A DNA stretch of 64,000 bases. It comes from a virus. Positions 9,838 to 18,256 of this stretch are shown piece after piece (positions within the stretch are counted from its first letter, which is position 1; each line of letters opens with the position of its first letter). Location of the stretch: the IMG/VR virus record IMGVR_UViG_3300020724_000005. One strand, given 5' to 3'. A model generated the notes under the pieces. It did not search any database. It was not told the DNA's origin and saw only the letters and a list, made by a program, of their open reading frames with translations. A program made the position numbers and the translations under genes.

Positions 9838-10155
9838 CTAAAGAGTAGACTTGAAAATGTAAACTTTTCCTTCAAGGTCTAATATATCTTTTATAGCAAG
9901 GTTCAGTTCTTTTGTTATTTTTTGGGATAGATCTGCTATTCCTTTGTTAGAAGAGTGCTTGTATATATCTAAATTCTTTTTGACGTCTCTAAGAGATTTT
10001 GCAAACTTTTTAAAGTCTGCTACATTGTATACTTGGGTCTTTACACTTCCAGTTTCTGGGTCTATCGTCTCTGGCCCTTGTAAGAATCCCTTCTTCATCA
10101 ATTTATCGACGTCTATTATTTCCTCGTCTTCAATTAAAAGATCTATCAGTTTCAT
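9838..10155 (-). CDS. Hypothetical protein with an MKLIDLLIE N-terminus (CTS-like family, divergent member)
   Basis: The ORF track starts at a TTG (10191) inside the capsid-gene terminator. The first ATG is at 10153-10155 and gives MKLIDLLIEDEE.... Confidence 0.55.
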   Translation of the reverse strand: MKLIDLLIEDEEIIDVDKLMKKGFLQGPETIDPETGSVKTQVYNVADFKKFAKSLRDVKKNLDIYKHSSNKGIADLSQKITKELNLAIKDILDLEGKVYIFKSTL

Positions 10156-10158
10156 GCT

Positions 10159-10167
10159 TATAAATAT
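10159..10167 (-). promoter_or_regulatory. Promoter-like motif ATATTTATA
   Basis: Only 3 nt upstream of the ATG at 10155, just downstream of the MCP terminator. Confidence 0.4.
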
Positions 10168-10185
10168 AGAATACTTTTTGATGAA

Positions 10186-10215
10186 AAACAAAAAAGCCCG
10201 GTAAAAACCGGGCCT
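10186..10215 (-). terminator. Rho-independent terminator downstream of the major capsid gene
   Basis: Perfect GCCCGG/CCGGGC stem (10196-10201 / 10208-10213) with a 6-nt loop, followed on the minus strand by a U-run (A-run 10186-10195). It lies 28 nt after the MCP stop. Confidence 0.85.
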
Positions 10216-10242
10216 TTCTTTTATTATTGTCTTAGATTAAAC

Positions 10243-11955
10243 TTAGACTACATTCAAATCTGATACGAACAAGTTCGCATAAAATTCGGGCCTGACCATC
10301 GTCATTGCGTAACGTGTCATTATCCCCTTTCTTGGAGTAAAGGTGTTAGGATCGTACACCAGAGGCGTCATGATCAATGGCACGTAAGGAGCGTAAACCG
10401 CACCACACTCTAAGAACTGGTTGCCACGGAAACCTAACAGTACCACGTTCTCCAGCATATAAGGGTTCTTATACACTTTGTAACGGCTGTTAAGAGAACC
10501 GATCTTCTGTACACCGAAAGCATACTTCATTGTGTCTGCTGCACCGTCAGTATCAGCTGCAAATCCTGGGATTGATTCAAGGATCGTAGCTACTGCTGGA
10601 GAAACTACCATGAAGTTTGCACCGCCACGGAGAGTCTTCTGGTGGATGATGTTAGACAGCTTCTGAAGCTTGATACCGATGGTCTGGAACCAAGTCATCT
10701 GGTTGTAGAACACGCCTGCAGTGTTTGAAGTAAACGCAGTGTTTGTTGAGTTGATCTGGTTACCAACTTTAGCAGACCAGTAGTCAACTGTTGGAGCCTT
10801 TTGGATCAGCATGTCAAGAACTTCAAGATCTATTTCCAGAGTGATGTACTCAGAAAGAATACCAGTCAATTCAGCCTCAGCGTCAAGTGAGTGGTATGCG
10901 TTAAGATCCTGTGCAAATTCTGGTGTCCACTGTGCTTTCAACTTACGTGTTTTAGCAGAGATCGTCTGGCTTACCATCTGTACGTTAACCTCTGGGATAG
11001 AAATTGAAGTAGGAGAGTATGCGTTAGGAACAGAAACACCTTGTGTAGATGTACGATCTTCAAAGTCACCGATTGCGTTAAAGTCAGTCTGCTTGTTATA
11101 GTATACTGTCATCAAGCTACCAGTCAACAGGTTATTTGTAGCTGTAGCATATGTGCTAGAACCACTAACAATAACAAAGGACAGAGTATCTGTAATATTA
11201 TTGTAAGAAGTAAATTGATTTGCACTATTTGCTGGGTTAACTAGTGCTGCAATGCTAGATACAGATCCTGTAATTTCAAAAGCACGAACGCCATTCTGAT
11301 TCAAATATGGGAATAGGGTTGCATTAGCATTTGCAAAGTTTACAATAGCTACTGCGCCAGCCGCAACAGATGCAGAATAGTTAGCATCAAAGTTAAGGTT
11401 TGCCCAAGTTACTTGAGAACCAGTTAATACTGAAGATGCTGTAAAGCTTGCGCTAAAAAGGTTTAAAGAATAACCAAAAGTACCAGCACCATAAAGACCA
11501 CCAGCATTTGAGTTACCAAAATCTTTTGTGTCTTTTGTACCGTACATTGAAGTACCAGCACCAAATCCAGGATTACCTGTAGTACCGTACTGGAAGTCAA
11601 GGTAGAACACCAGACCAGCAGGAAGGTTCATTGGCTGTACGCTAACGAACTCCTTAGATGCAAGCTGACCGAAGATCTTACGAACCAACGGAAGAGCCAC
11701 ACCAGCCCACTGTTCACCAGCACCAGCTGTGAAAGTAGCACCGTTAGATACTCCGCCTGTTGCAGCAGAAGTCTCAGTTACGAGCTGTTTAGACTGATTC
11801 TCAAGGATCATCGCCATCGTCCTAGAGTCATGCTCGTTCAAGTTTTTAAGCAGGCCTGATTTGCCCCACTTCTTAACGAGTCTTTGAGAAACTGACAGAG
11901 TCGAACTATATGCGTTCTGTGCAGATTCTTGTAAAAGGGAATTTACTAGATTCAT
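10243..11955 (-). CDS. Major capsid protein, T4 gp23-like
   Basis: 570 aa. Blocks recalled from T4 gp23 are present: ENQ..., FVSVQPMNLPAGLVF (T4 ICGVQPMNSPTGQVF), SAKTRKLKAQWTPEFAQDLNAYHSLDAEAELTGILSEYITLEI (T4 EAKSRQLKAAYSIELAQDLRAVHGMDADAELSGILATEIMLEI), and YAPYVPL. It follows the scaffold and protease genes. Confidence 0.92.
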   Translation of the reverse strand: MNLVNSLLQESAQNAYSSTLSVSQRLVKKWGKSGLLKNLNEHDSRTMAMILENQSKQLVTETSAATGGVSNGATFTAGAGEQWAGVALPLVRKIFGQLASKEFVSVQPMNLPAGLVFYLDFQYGTTGNPGFGAGTSMYGTKDTKDFGNSNAGGLYGAGTFGYSLNLFSASFTASSVLTGSQVTWANLNFDANYSASVAAGAVAIVNFANANATLFPYLNQNGVRAFEITGSVSSIAALVNPANSANQFTSYNNITDTLSFVIVSGSSTYATATNNLLTGSLMTVYYNKQTDFNAIGDFEDRTSTQGVSVPNAYSPTSISIPEVNVQMVSQTISAKTRKLKAQWTPEFAQDLNAYHSLDAEAELTGILSEYITLEIDLEVLDMLIQKAPTVDYWSAKVGNQINSTNTAFTSNTAGVFYNQMTWFQTIGIKLQKLSNIIHQKTLRGGANFMVVSPAVATILESIPGFAADTDGAADTMKYAFGVQKIGSLNSRYKVYKNPYMLENVVLLGFRGNQFLECGAVYAPYVPLIMTPLVYDPNTFTPRKGIMTRYAMTMVRPEFYANLFVSDLNVV

Positions 11956-11993
11956 TTTGTTTGTTTTTAAGTTTTAAAATAGTTGTTTCTGAA

Positions 11994-13529
11994 TTAGATG
12001 CCTGCTAGTTTCTGCATTCTTGCTATGAAAGGATCAGACTCCAGTGTGTTTCCTTTTGGAGCTCCGCCTGTTGGCTTAGATGCAAATCCTGAGAAGGATT
12101 CTTTTAATTGTTTCTTAGGAGCAGCAGTTATTGATTCGCTGATGAACTTAAATGTGTTCTTCACTTCTTTAACCGACGTCGCTCTATCGAATGCATTCAG
12201 GACCTTTACTTTTTGTGCTTCAGTAAGAGATTTAGATTTGAAGATCTTGTTAACATAAAGAAGCTTAGCGTTCAGAAGATTGATCTCATTCAGCTCTTTC
12301 TGCATCAGTTTGATTGCTTTCTTAGCCTCTTCGAGTTCTTTCTTTTCTGCCATCTTTTTCTTCTCTTCCATCTTCTTCTTCTCGTGCATTTTCTTTTTGG
12401 CTTCTTCCATGTGATGCTTAGCTTCGTCCATTTCGTCTTCTTCTTCATCATCCTCTTCGCCTTCGTCTTCGAGTTCAGCTAGAATCTCATCAAGAGAAAC
12501 TTCATCATCACCAGCTTCTGCGCCTTCTCCACCTTCGTGGCCAGCCATTGCAGCTTTGATTGCGTTTACAAGATCTCCAAGAGTTACGTCAACAACTTTG
12601 GTGTCTTCTTCAGACTCTTTGCCGTCTTCTCCCTCTTCTTCATCTTCTTCTTCGTCGTCTTCTTCTTTGGCTTCTTCCATTTCGTCGTAATGTTCGTCTA
12701 GCTCTTCTTCATGTTTGGCTTTCTTTTTCTTTTTAGCCTCGTCCATGTGGTGTTTAGCTTCGTCCATTTCGTCTTCTTCTTCATCGTCTTCTTCATGGTG
12801 AGCTTCGTCCATTTCTTCGAGTTCGTCTAGGATCTCATCAAGATACTTTTCATCAAGATTACCAGGATCTGCTTCGTCCATTTCGTCATAGCCTTCTTCC
12901 ATGTCTTCAATAGCGCCTTTATGAGCTGGAGCATGTTTGTAACCGGCTTCTTTTGAGCGATGTGCTTTATTTGTATGCACAATGTGCTCTGCCTCGTCCA
13001 TCTCTTCTTCAGATTCGTCCATTGATAGAATATCTTCTATACTCTCAGTCTCTGGATCATTTTCTTCTGAGTGTATGTGAGTTGCGCCCATTTTTTTAGC
13101 GGCCTTTGCAATCATCTTCCAGAATTTATCAACATCTTCACCAGTACGTTCTACAACTTTAGCAGTTTTACCGTTAAATTCAACTGTAGCTTCATGTTCA
13201 CCAGAAGGTGATGTATATACTTCTGCTGTTGTTGCTTGATCACCATCTTCTCCTTCGTCCATTTCATCATACTCATCTAAATCTTCGATCGCGCCTTTAT
13301 GAGCTGGAGCATGTTTGTAACCGGCTTCATGACTACGAGCTGATTTCTTTGTGTGAACGATGTGCTCTGCTTCGTCCATTTCTTCTTCTTCAGATTCTAC
13401 GATGTGTTTCTTCAACATCGCTTTGATCTTTGGCTCGAATGCTTCTTGAATCGCAGCTTTAGCGTTGGCCATGGCGCTTTCACGAACTGCTTTTGCATCA
13501 GCAACAGCCTGAGTGTAAATACTTTCCAT
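11994..13529 (-). CDS. Prohead scaffold/core protein (gp22-like by position), extremely acidic with internal repeats
   Basis: 511 aa, very D/E/K-rich, with coiled-coil-like tracts. Six MDEA(E/K/H/D) boxes and two pairs of ~50-aa repeats. It sits immediately upstream of the MCP. Confidence 0.75.
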   Translation of the reverse strand: MESIYTQAVADAKAVRESAMANAKAAIQEAFEPKIKAMLKKHIVESEEEEMDEAEHIVHTKKSARSHEAGYKHAPAHKGAIEDLDEYDEMDEGEDGDQATTAEVYTSPSGEHEATVEFNGKTAKVVERTGEDVDKFWKMIAKAAKKMGATHIHSEENDPETESIEDILSMDESEEEMDEAEHIVHTNKAHRSKEAGYKHAPAHKGAIEDMEEGYDEMDEADPGNLDEKYLDEILDELEEMDEAHHEEDDEEEDEMDEAKHHMDEAKKKKKAKHEEELDEHYDEMEEAKEEDDEEEDEEEGEDGKESEEDTKVVDVTLGDLVNAIKAAMAGHEGGEGAEAGDDEVSLDEILAELEDEGEEDDEEEDEMDEAKHHMEEAKKKMHEKKKMEEKKKMAEKKELEEAKKAIKLMQKELNEINLLNAKLLYVNKIFKSKSLTEAQKVKVLNAFDRATSVKEVKNTFKFISESITAAPKKQLKESFSGFASKPTGGAPKGNTLESDPFIARMQKLAGI

Positions 13530-13627
13530 ACTTTTTTAAAGTTTTTTGGATCTTAATCGTTCATTGAGGATGTGGAACGATATGGGAAATTAGTGTAATA
13601 GCGTCATATTGGGAAGACGCATCTGTT

Positions 13628-13636
13628 GATAAATAT
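13628..13636 (-). promoter_or_regulatory. Promoter-like motif, variant ATATTTATC
   Basis: 98 nt upstream of the scaffold ATG at 13529. It is the only candidate seen for the scaffold-MCP unit. Confidence 0.3.
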
Positions 13637-13708
13637 ACAACTTTTGACGAGAATCGAGTTTAAACAAAAAAAATATTACAACTTAGAGTTTAAATTTGCT
13701 ATTGTCTG

Positions 13709-13717
13709 ATATTTATA
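13709..13717 (+). promoter_or_regulatory. Promoter-like motif ATATTTATA
   Basis: 96 nt upstream of the HNH ATG at 13814, same orientation as that gene. Confidence 0.45.
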
Positions 13718-13813
13718 ATAAATTGCTACTGGTACTAGTAATTAACAAAGATATTGAGTCATCATAGATGGAGTTGTACCAGAACTCTGTTTATTTTGAC
13801 TCACTTTTATTTT

Positions 13814-14446
13814 ATGGATCATCTCAAAATTTACAATAGGATCATTGCAAAGGCTAAATTAGAAGGGAGAAAAAAACTTTCTAGAGATCATAATGATTAT
13901 GTCTACTACGAAGCTCATCATATCATTCCAAGATGTTTAGGAGGTATGAATGATAAAACTAATATAGTACTACTTACAGCTAGAGAGCATTTTATCGTCC
14001 ATTGGTTATTATATGAAACTGATAATGGAAATGTAAAATTAGCTTTGGCATTTTTTATGATGTGTAATACTAAAGATCACAATCAATTAAGATACATTCC
14101 AAGTTCTAGAATTATAGAATATTCAAAAAATCAACACTCTAAGTATCACCACTCAAAACTACCTAAATTTAAAAAAATAAATTCTGATTTAAGAAAAGGA
14201 AAATCTATAGTAGAACAGTTTGGAAAGCAAAAAGCTTTAGAATGTTCAATTAAAAAATCTAATTCTTTAAAACTGAGCTATCTAAATGACCCCACACTAT
14301 CAAAAAGAAAAAGTGATTCTATGAAAGGAAAAAATAAAATTGTTCGTAAATTTACATGCCCACATTGCGGAAAAATAGGAGGAATTTCTACTATGAAACA
14401 GAAACATCTTCCTATATGTAAATCAGCTCAAACAGCAAATCCCTGA
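13814..14446 (+). CDS. Free-standing HNH homing endonuclease
   Basis: YYEAHHIIPRCLGGMNDKTNIVLLTAREHFIVHWLL (H-N-H) plus a C-terminal CPHCGK zinc motif. It is the only + strand gene in a 38-kb minus block. The first ATG is at 13814 (the track start 13754 is a TTG). Paralog of 33082..33852. Confidence 0.85.
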   Translation: MDHLKIYNRIIAKAKLEGRKKLSRDHNDYVYYEAHHIIPRCLGGMNDKTNIVLLTAREHFIVHWLLYETDNGNVKLALAFFMMCNTKDHNQLRYIPSSRIIEYSKNQHSKYHHSKLPKFKKINSDLRKGKSIVEQFGKQKALECSIKKSNSLKLSYLNDPTLSKRKSDSMKGKNKIVRKFTCPHCGKIGGISTMKQKHLPICKSAQTANP

Positions 14447-15061
14447 TTGTAAACAGATGATCTCTGAAATTAACTTATGAATTCTAGAATATTTATCTAC
14501 TGATACAGAATGATCTATCGATTCTTTAAGCCCTTTTTTGCCTTCTTGGTGCATATAGGAACCGAAATTTGAGGGTTGCGAAACAAAATCCCACCCAATA
14601 AGATCTAAATCGTCTTCTACCTGCACCAATCCTTCTCCTATTTGTGTAACTGATCCCATAGCTCTTGATGATATACCCACTGAGAGGTTATTCTCAAACA
14701 GCGTCTTTAGGATGTTTCCGGATGGTGTAGGGAGTATTTCAACTCTGCCATATAGATCTTTGCCTTCCCACCATATTTCCATGATGTTGTGGCTTACGTT
14801 CTTTAAGTTGATGATGCTTGTTTCTGGATGGTCTAATTCTCCAAATGCTCTTCTTTCTTTTATAGGTCCTTCAGCATATTTCTGTGCTTGAGACATAAGG
14901 ATATCATGCGGATAGATTCGTTGATTTGCATTGGGAATATCAGCAGAAGACAGCTTACCGACAACTACCATATTACTATTTCCACGAAGTCCTTCTTTAA
15001 GGTGACTAAGAGGTTTAAATACTGAATACTCTATGAGAAGTTGTGGTTTCATATTATACAT
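14423..15061 (-). CDS. Prohead core protease, T4 gp21-like
   Basis: 212 aa (same length as T4 gp21). MKPQLLIEYS resembles the T4 NEPQLLIETW N-terminus, and the GELDHP motif is present. It is positioned upstream of the scaffold and MCP. An alternative ATG lies at 15052. Confidence 0.8.
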   Translation of the reverse strand: MYNMKPQLLIEYSVFKPLSHLKEGLRGNSNMVVVGKLSSADIPNANQRIYPHDILMSQAQKYAEGPIKERRAFGELDHPETSIINLKNVSHNIMEIWWEGKDLYGRVEILPTPSGNILKTLFENNLSVGISSRAMGSVTQIGEGLVQVEDDLDLIGWDFVSQPSNFGSYMHQEGKKGLKESIDHSVSVDKYSRIHKLISEIICLQSGICCLS

Positions 15062-16238
15062 CTATTGCTTGTCCTGAATTAAAAGCTTTTTGTAGATCTG
15101 CTCTTGCTGATCCTTGAACTTTATTTAATTTATTTTGTACTGCTTGATTATGAGCAGAGTCGGTAGTTTTAGCTGTGGCAACTTCATCTACTTCTTTTGT
15201 CTTCTTTTTCTTTTTAAGGAACTCCACTACTTTCTTGATCACAGCATCTTTCTTTTCATCTACTGTCTTTACTCCGGGTTTTGCTTTTGCGTCAAATTTC
15301 TTTATCTTTGCATCATCAAGCTCATTTGAAGATTTATCATGGTGCCCAGAAAAGTGATTTATGATGTTCATCTGGTAGTCTTTATGTTTGCCTTCTCCTA
15401 ATTCTACAGTGAGAGTTGATCCTACTATTGCTTTTACAGTTCCTGGTCCATCTGGTGTTTCTACTCCCATGCCTATTCCGTATACGTGGTGACTATCTTC
15501 GGTCAATCTTTTTTTTAAGAAAGTCTCTATGGCCTCCATCACCTTGTGTTTCTTTTCAGGCTGCTTCATCTGCTTCATGCCTTTATGACCTTTTGCATGA
15601 CTTGACATCTCCTTTACTCCTTTTGGCTTTCCCTTCTTATTCTCTTTTGTAGAAGCTTTTGTGTTTGCTTTATGCTTTTCTACTCCTTTTGGAGACTTCA
15701 TCTGATGATGCTGATCTTTAAGTTCTTTCTTTACTGGGATCATCTTACGCTTCTCGTCTACTTTATTGATCTCCTTTGCGTTTGCGACTAGCACATCATC
15801 ATAACATCTTGGATCTTTTTTGAGCTTAGCTACCACCTTCTCAAGCGTCTTTTGGTACACTTCACCGTCTATCTTAGGAAGCTTTGCAAGCTCTACGTTC
15901 ACAGCTTTGTTCACCAGGATCGGATTCAATCTGTCTATGGTAAGGTGTAGATCTTCTTGCTCTTTTATGATTTTCTTTGGAGATTTACCTTCTTTTAGTT
16001 TTAATAGACCCAATCTAATAGCCTGTTCTACTTTATCTTGAAGTAAAGGTTCATTATCTTCTCTAGTCTCTTCTGCTTCTCTGATCACAGACTTCTGCTT
16101 CAGAATCCTGATAGCATCATCGTATGAGGTCAAGTTGCTTATGTATGGGAGTTGAGCGTCTTTACGAACTTCGTAGAGGAACTTCTCTTTTGATACTTCT
16201 CCCGCTCTATGTTTCGCAAATAGGTTTGCTACTGTCAT
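15054..16238 (-). CDS. Lys-rich prohead core / internal protein candidate
   Basis: 394-aa ATG ORF between the portal and the protease, highly basic and charged. A promoter-like motif lies 17 nt upstream. Confidence 0.6.
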   Translation of the reverse strand: MTVANLFAKHRAGEVSKEKFLYEVRKDAQLPYISNLTSYDDAIRILKQKSVIREAEETREDNEPLLQDKVEQAIRLGLLKLKEGKSPKKIIKEQEDLHLTIDRLNPILVNKAVNVELAKLPKIDGEVYQKTLEKVVAKLKKDPRCYDDVLVANAKEINKVDEKRKMIPVKKELKDQHHQMKSPKGVEKHKANTKASTKENKKGKPKGVKEMSSHAKGHKGMKQMKQPEKKHKVMEAIETFLKKRLTEDSHHVYGIGMGVETPDGPGTVKAIVGSTLTVELGEGKHKDYQMNIINHFSGHHDKSSNELDDAKIKKFDAKAKPGVKTVDEKKDAVIKKVVEFLKKKKKTKEVDEVATAKTTDSAHNQAVQNKLNKVQGSARADLQKAFNSGQAIDV

Positions 16239-16255
16239 CTTTTTGTATTTTTAGT

Positions 16256-16264
16256 AATAAATAT
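16256..16264 (-). promoter_or_regulatory. Promoter-like motif, variant ATATTTATT
   Basis: 17 nt upstream of the ATG at 16238. Confidence 0.4.
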
Positions 16265-16370
16265 CGATTATCGTCCCTGACCTCTATACGCCTTTGGCCT
16301 TTTAGAGTTTTTATTGTAAGATTTTTTAGCTTTTCCTTTCTTCTTAATTCCAAACGAAACTTTTACCATA

Positions 16371-17354
16371 TCATTTGAGTTTTTTGTGTTTTACGTAAAT
16401 GCTCTTTATCATCTCTGTCATCTTTTCAAGAGACCTTTTTGTGTGAGTGGTCTCGTTTACCATTCCAGCAGTAGTCAGATCGCTTTTAAGAGTAGCAAGG
16501 TACTCCACCATTCTATTGACCTCGGCCAGCTTCTTTCTCACTAGGCCAACTCCAGTGTGGTACTGTCCAGCTGCATCTCTCTCACGTGTTGCTTTTTTGA
16601 ATCTAGAGTAGCTCTCTTGGAGTTCTTCTGATTCGTCCCACAGCGCTTTGTATTGGAATCCTCCTGTGGAAGGACGATTGGGTATTGAAGGGGCTGGCGT
16701 GAAACCAAACTTATCAACAGCATAATTCTTTTTAAGTTTTCCTGCTGCGAGCTTTGGTTCTTTGTCTTTTGATTCTTTTGCTGATGGAGCAACTGACGTA
16801 TACTGCATAGGAGATCCTGTCACTATCGTGCCGTCTTCTTTCTTTGCAGATATTCTATTCTTGCCATTATCTTTGAATATCTTAGTAATCACTGCTTTTT
16901 CTCCAGCATGATATACGCTGCTTCCTACTTTTACTTCTTTGCCGTCTCTAGTCTCTGCTGTAGGTTGATCTTTAAAAGCAAAAGAACTTCCTGGCTTGAA
17001 CTTTCCAGGCTCTCCCTTTTTTATGTTAGACGGATCTGGAGTCCTATAATCTTTTTTACTATAAGATTCTTTCATTTTTTTCTTTGGCTTATCAAGAGCT
17101 TGAGCGTATTGCATGCCTGAACCAGGGGTGAACGTGGCTCCGCCTGAACCTACTCCGCCTCCAGTAGCTGACATCTCTTCCATGGTATTAGGAGCTTTAC
17201 GGATGATGTCTTTGGCCTCCTCAGCTGTTATCTTTCCAGACTCTACAGCAGCAAGCAACGTATCTATGAGATGCTCTGCCATGTCCATTTCTTCTTGGCT
17301 AGGCTGATGCTCACTGCCACGCATCCTATCTACCATCGATTGCATATCACTCAT
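16371..17354 (-). CDS. Prohead-associated protein candidate
   Basis: 327-aa ATG ORF whose start overlaps the upstream gene's stop by 4 nt. It shares an ATGG.(S/G).GATFT.G.G.Q.A box with the MCP N-terminal region. Confidence 0.6.
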   Translation of the reverse strand: MSDMQSMVDRMRGSEHQPSQEEMDMAEHLIDTLLAAVESGKITAEEAKDIIRKAPNTMEEMSATGGGVGSGGATFTPGSGMQYAQALDKPKKKMKESYSKKDYRTPDPSNIKKGEPGKFKPGSSFAFKDQPTAETRDGKEVKVGSSVYHAGEKAVITKIFKDNGKNRISAKKEDGTIVTGSPMQYTSVAPSAKESKDKEPKLAAGKLKKNYAVDKFGFTPAPSIPNRPSTGGFQYKALWDESEELQESYSRFKKATRERDAAGQYHTGVGLVRKKLAEVNRMVEYLATLKSDLTTAGMVNETTHTKRSLEKMTEMIKSIYVKHKKLK

Positions 17355-18208
17355 TTGTGTATCTTTTTAAGCTCATCTATAAGATCTATGTACTGTAGAA
17401 GTCCTGATATTGTCTCGTCTTTTACTCTTTTTCCTTCTTTTATCGGTTGAACCAGCTTTACCACTTCGTCCAGCTTTATCTTTACTACTGGATCAGTGAC
17501 CTTTTTAGAGAGCTTCACTATGTCTGCTTTGATCTCTGTCAGCTGTTGGTTTACGTAAGAATTGAGCTTTGTTGTGTTAGATATGCTGGTGATGTAATTA
17601 TTGAGGATGTCTTTTTGCCTTGTTGACATGCCTTCGTACTTTTCATTGAACTTTTCTACCAGTATCTTGTATGTAAGCAGCCTTATCTCTTTGTCTTCCT
17701 GCATCAACTCTTCCATGATATTTTTGGAAGCTGGCATATTTTCAAGTTTGGATTTTGTCACATGCTCTAATACTACGACTTTATTTAGGAAGACTTGCTT
17801 AATATCAACATCTTTTGTATTTTGAGATTCGAGTGTATTATATATTGCAGCAAGCGTTTTGTAATTATCTACCTTAGCCTTAAAGAAATCGTCAATATCA
17901 TACCCAGACTTGATTTCTCTTATAAGGTTATACTTTAGTTTCTGTATTGCTTCTTTATCAAGCTTCTTATACTGCTCTAAAATTGTAGAGATTAGCATCT
18001 CTGCTTTAGATTCTGAGAGTTTAGGACTTGTTACTACTCCATTGTAAAGAGCGTACTCCTTGCCTAGTTCTGTGTTCGTAAAATACTTCTTGAGTATCTT
18101 TACTGCTTTTGACTCCCTATTGGCAATAAAATCAGCCGTAGTCTGTCTGACTAGCAACTCAAAAAGTATGCCAGAATTTCGATATTTCGAATGTTTAAGT
18201 GATGCCAT
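17351..18208 (-). CDS. Hypothetical protein (head module)
   Basis: 285-aa ATG ORF with a promoter-like motif 19 nt upstream, directly downstream of the portal gene. Confidence 0.6.
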   Translation of the reverse strand: MASLKHSKYRNSGILFELLVRQTTADFIANRESKAVKILKKYFTNTELGKEYALYNGVVTSPKLSESKAEMLISTILEQYKKLDKEAIQKLKYNLIREIKSGYDIDDFFKAKVDNYKTLAAIYNTLESQNTKDVDIKQVFLNKVVVLEHVTKSKLENMPASKNIMEELMQEDKEIRLLTYKILVEKFNEKYEGMSTRQKDILNNYITSISNTTKLNSYVNQQLTEIKADIVKLSKKVTDPVVKIKLDEVVKLVQPIKEGKRVKDETISGLLQYIDLIDELKKIHK

Positions 18209-18227
18209 GAATTGGATCGATTCTATT

Positions 18228-18236
18228 TATAAATAT
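18228..18236 (-). promoter_or_regulatory. Promoter-like motif ATATTTATA
   Basis: 19 nt upstream of the ATG at 18208. Confidence 0.5.
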
Positions 18237-18256
18237 ATCTAATTGCTTCTCGGTGT

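Noticed and set aside
9838-10191. N-terminal extensions given by the ORF track for several genes: 9838..10191, 13754.., 25419..26048, 29967..30491, 31292..31732, 33082..33894, 37472..38554, 61864..62454, 62892..63074 and 63599..63910.
   Set aside because: Most extended starts are TTG or GTG codons. The extensions run through terminators, promoters or the upstream gene. Internal ATGs give tight coupling (ATGA, or 1-2 nt gaps) and N-termini that match paralogs.
12213-13556. + strand ORFs (12213..12482, 13208..13426, 13353..13556) rich in F/L/H.
   Set aside because: They are antisense images of the E/D/K-rich scaffold gene (GAA/GAT/AAG mirrored to TTC/ATC/CTT).
13530-13813. Searched the longest non-coding gaps (13530..13813, 24218..24321, 38411..38623, 61219..61342) for tRNA or other structured RNA genes.
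   Set aside because: No cloverleaf-compatible arms or conserved T-loop (GTTCRA) and D-loop features were seen. Only short 5-bp hairpins and promoter-like motifs were found.
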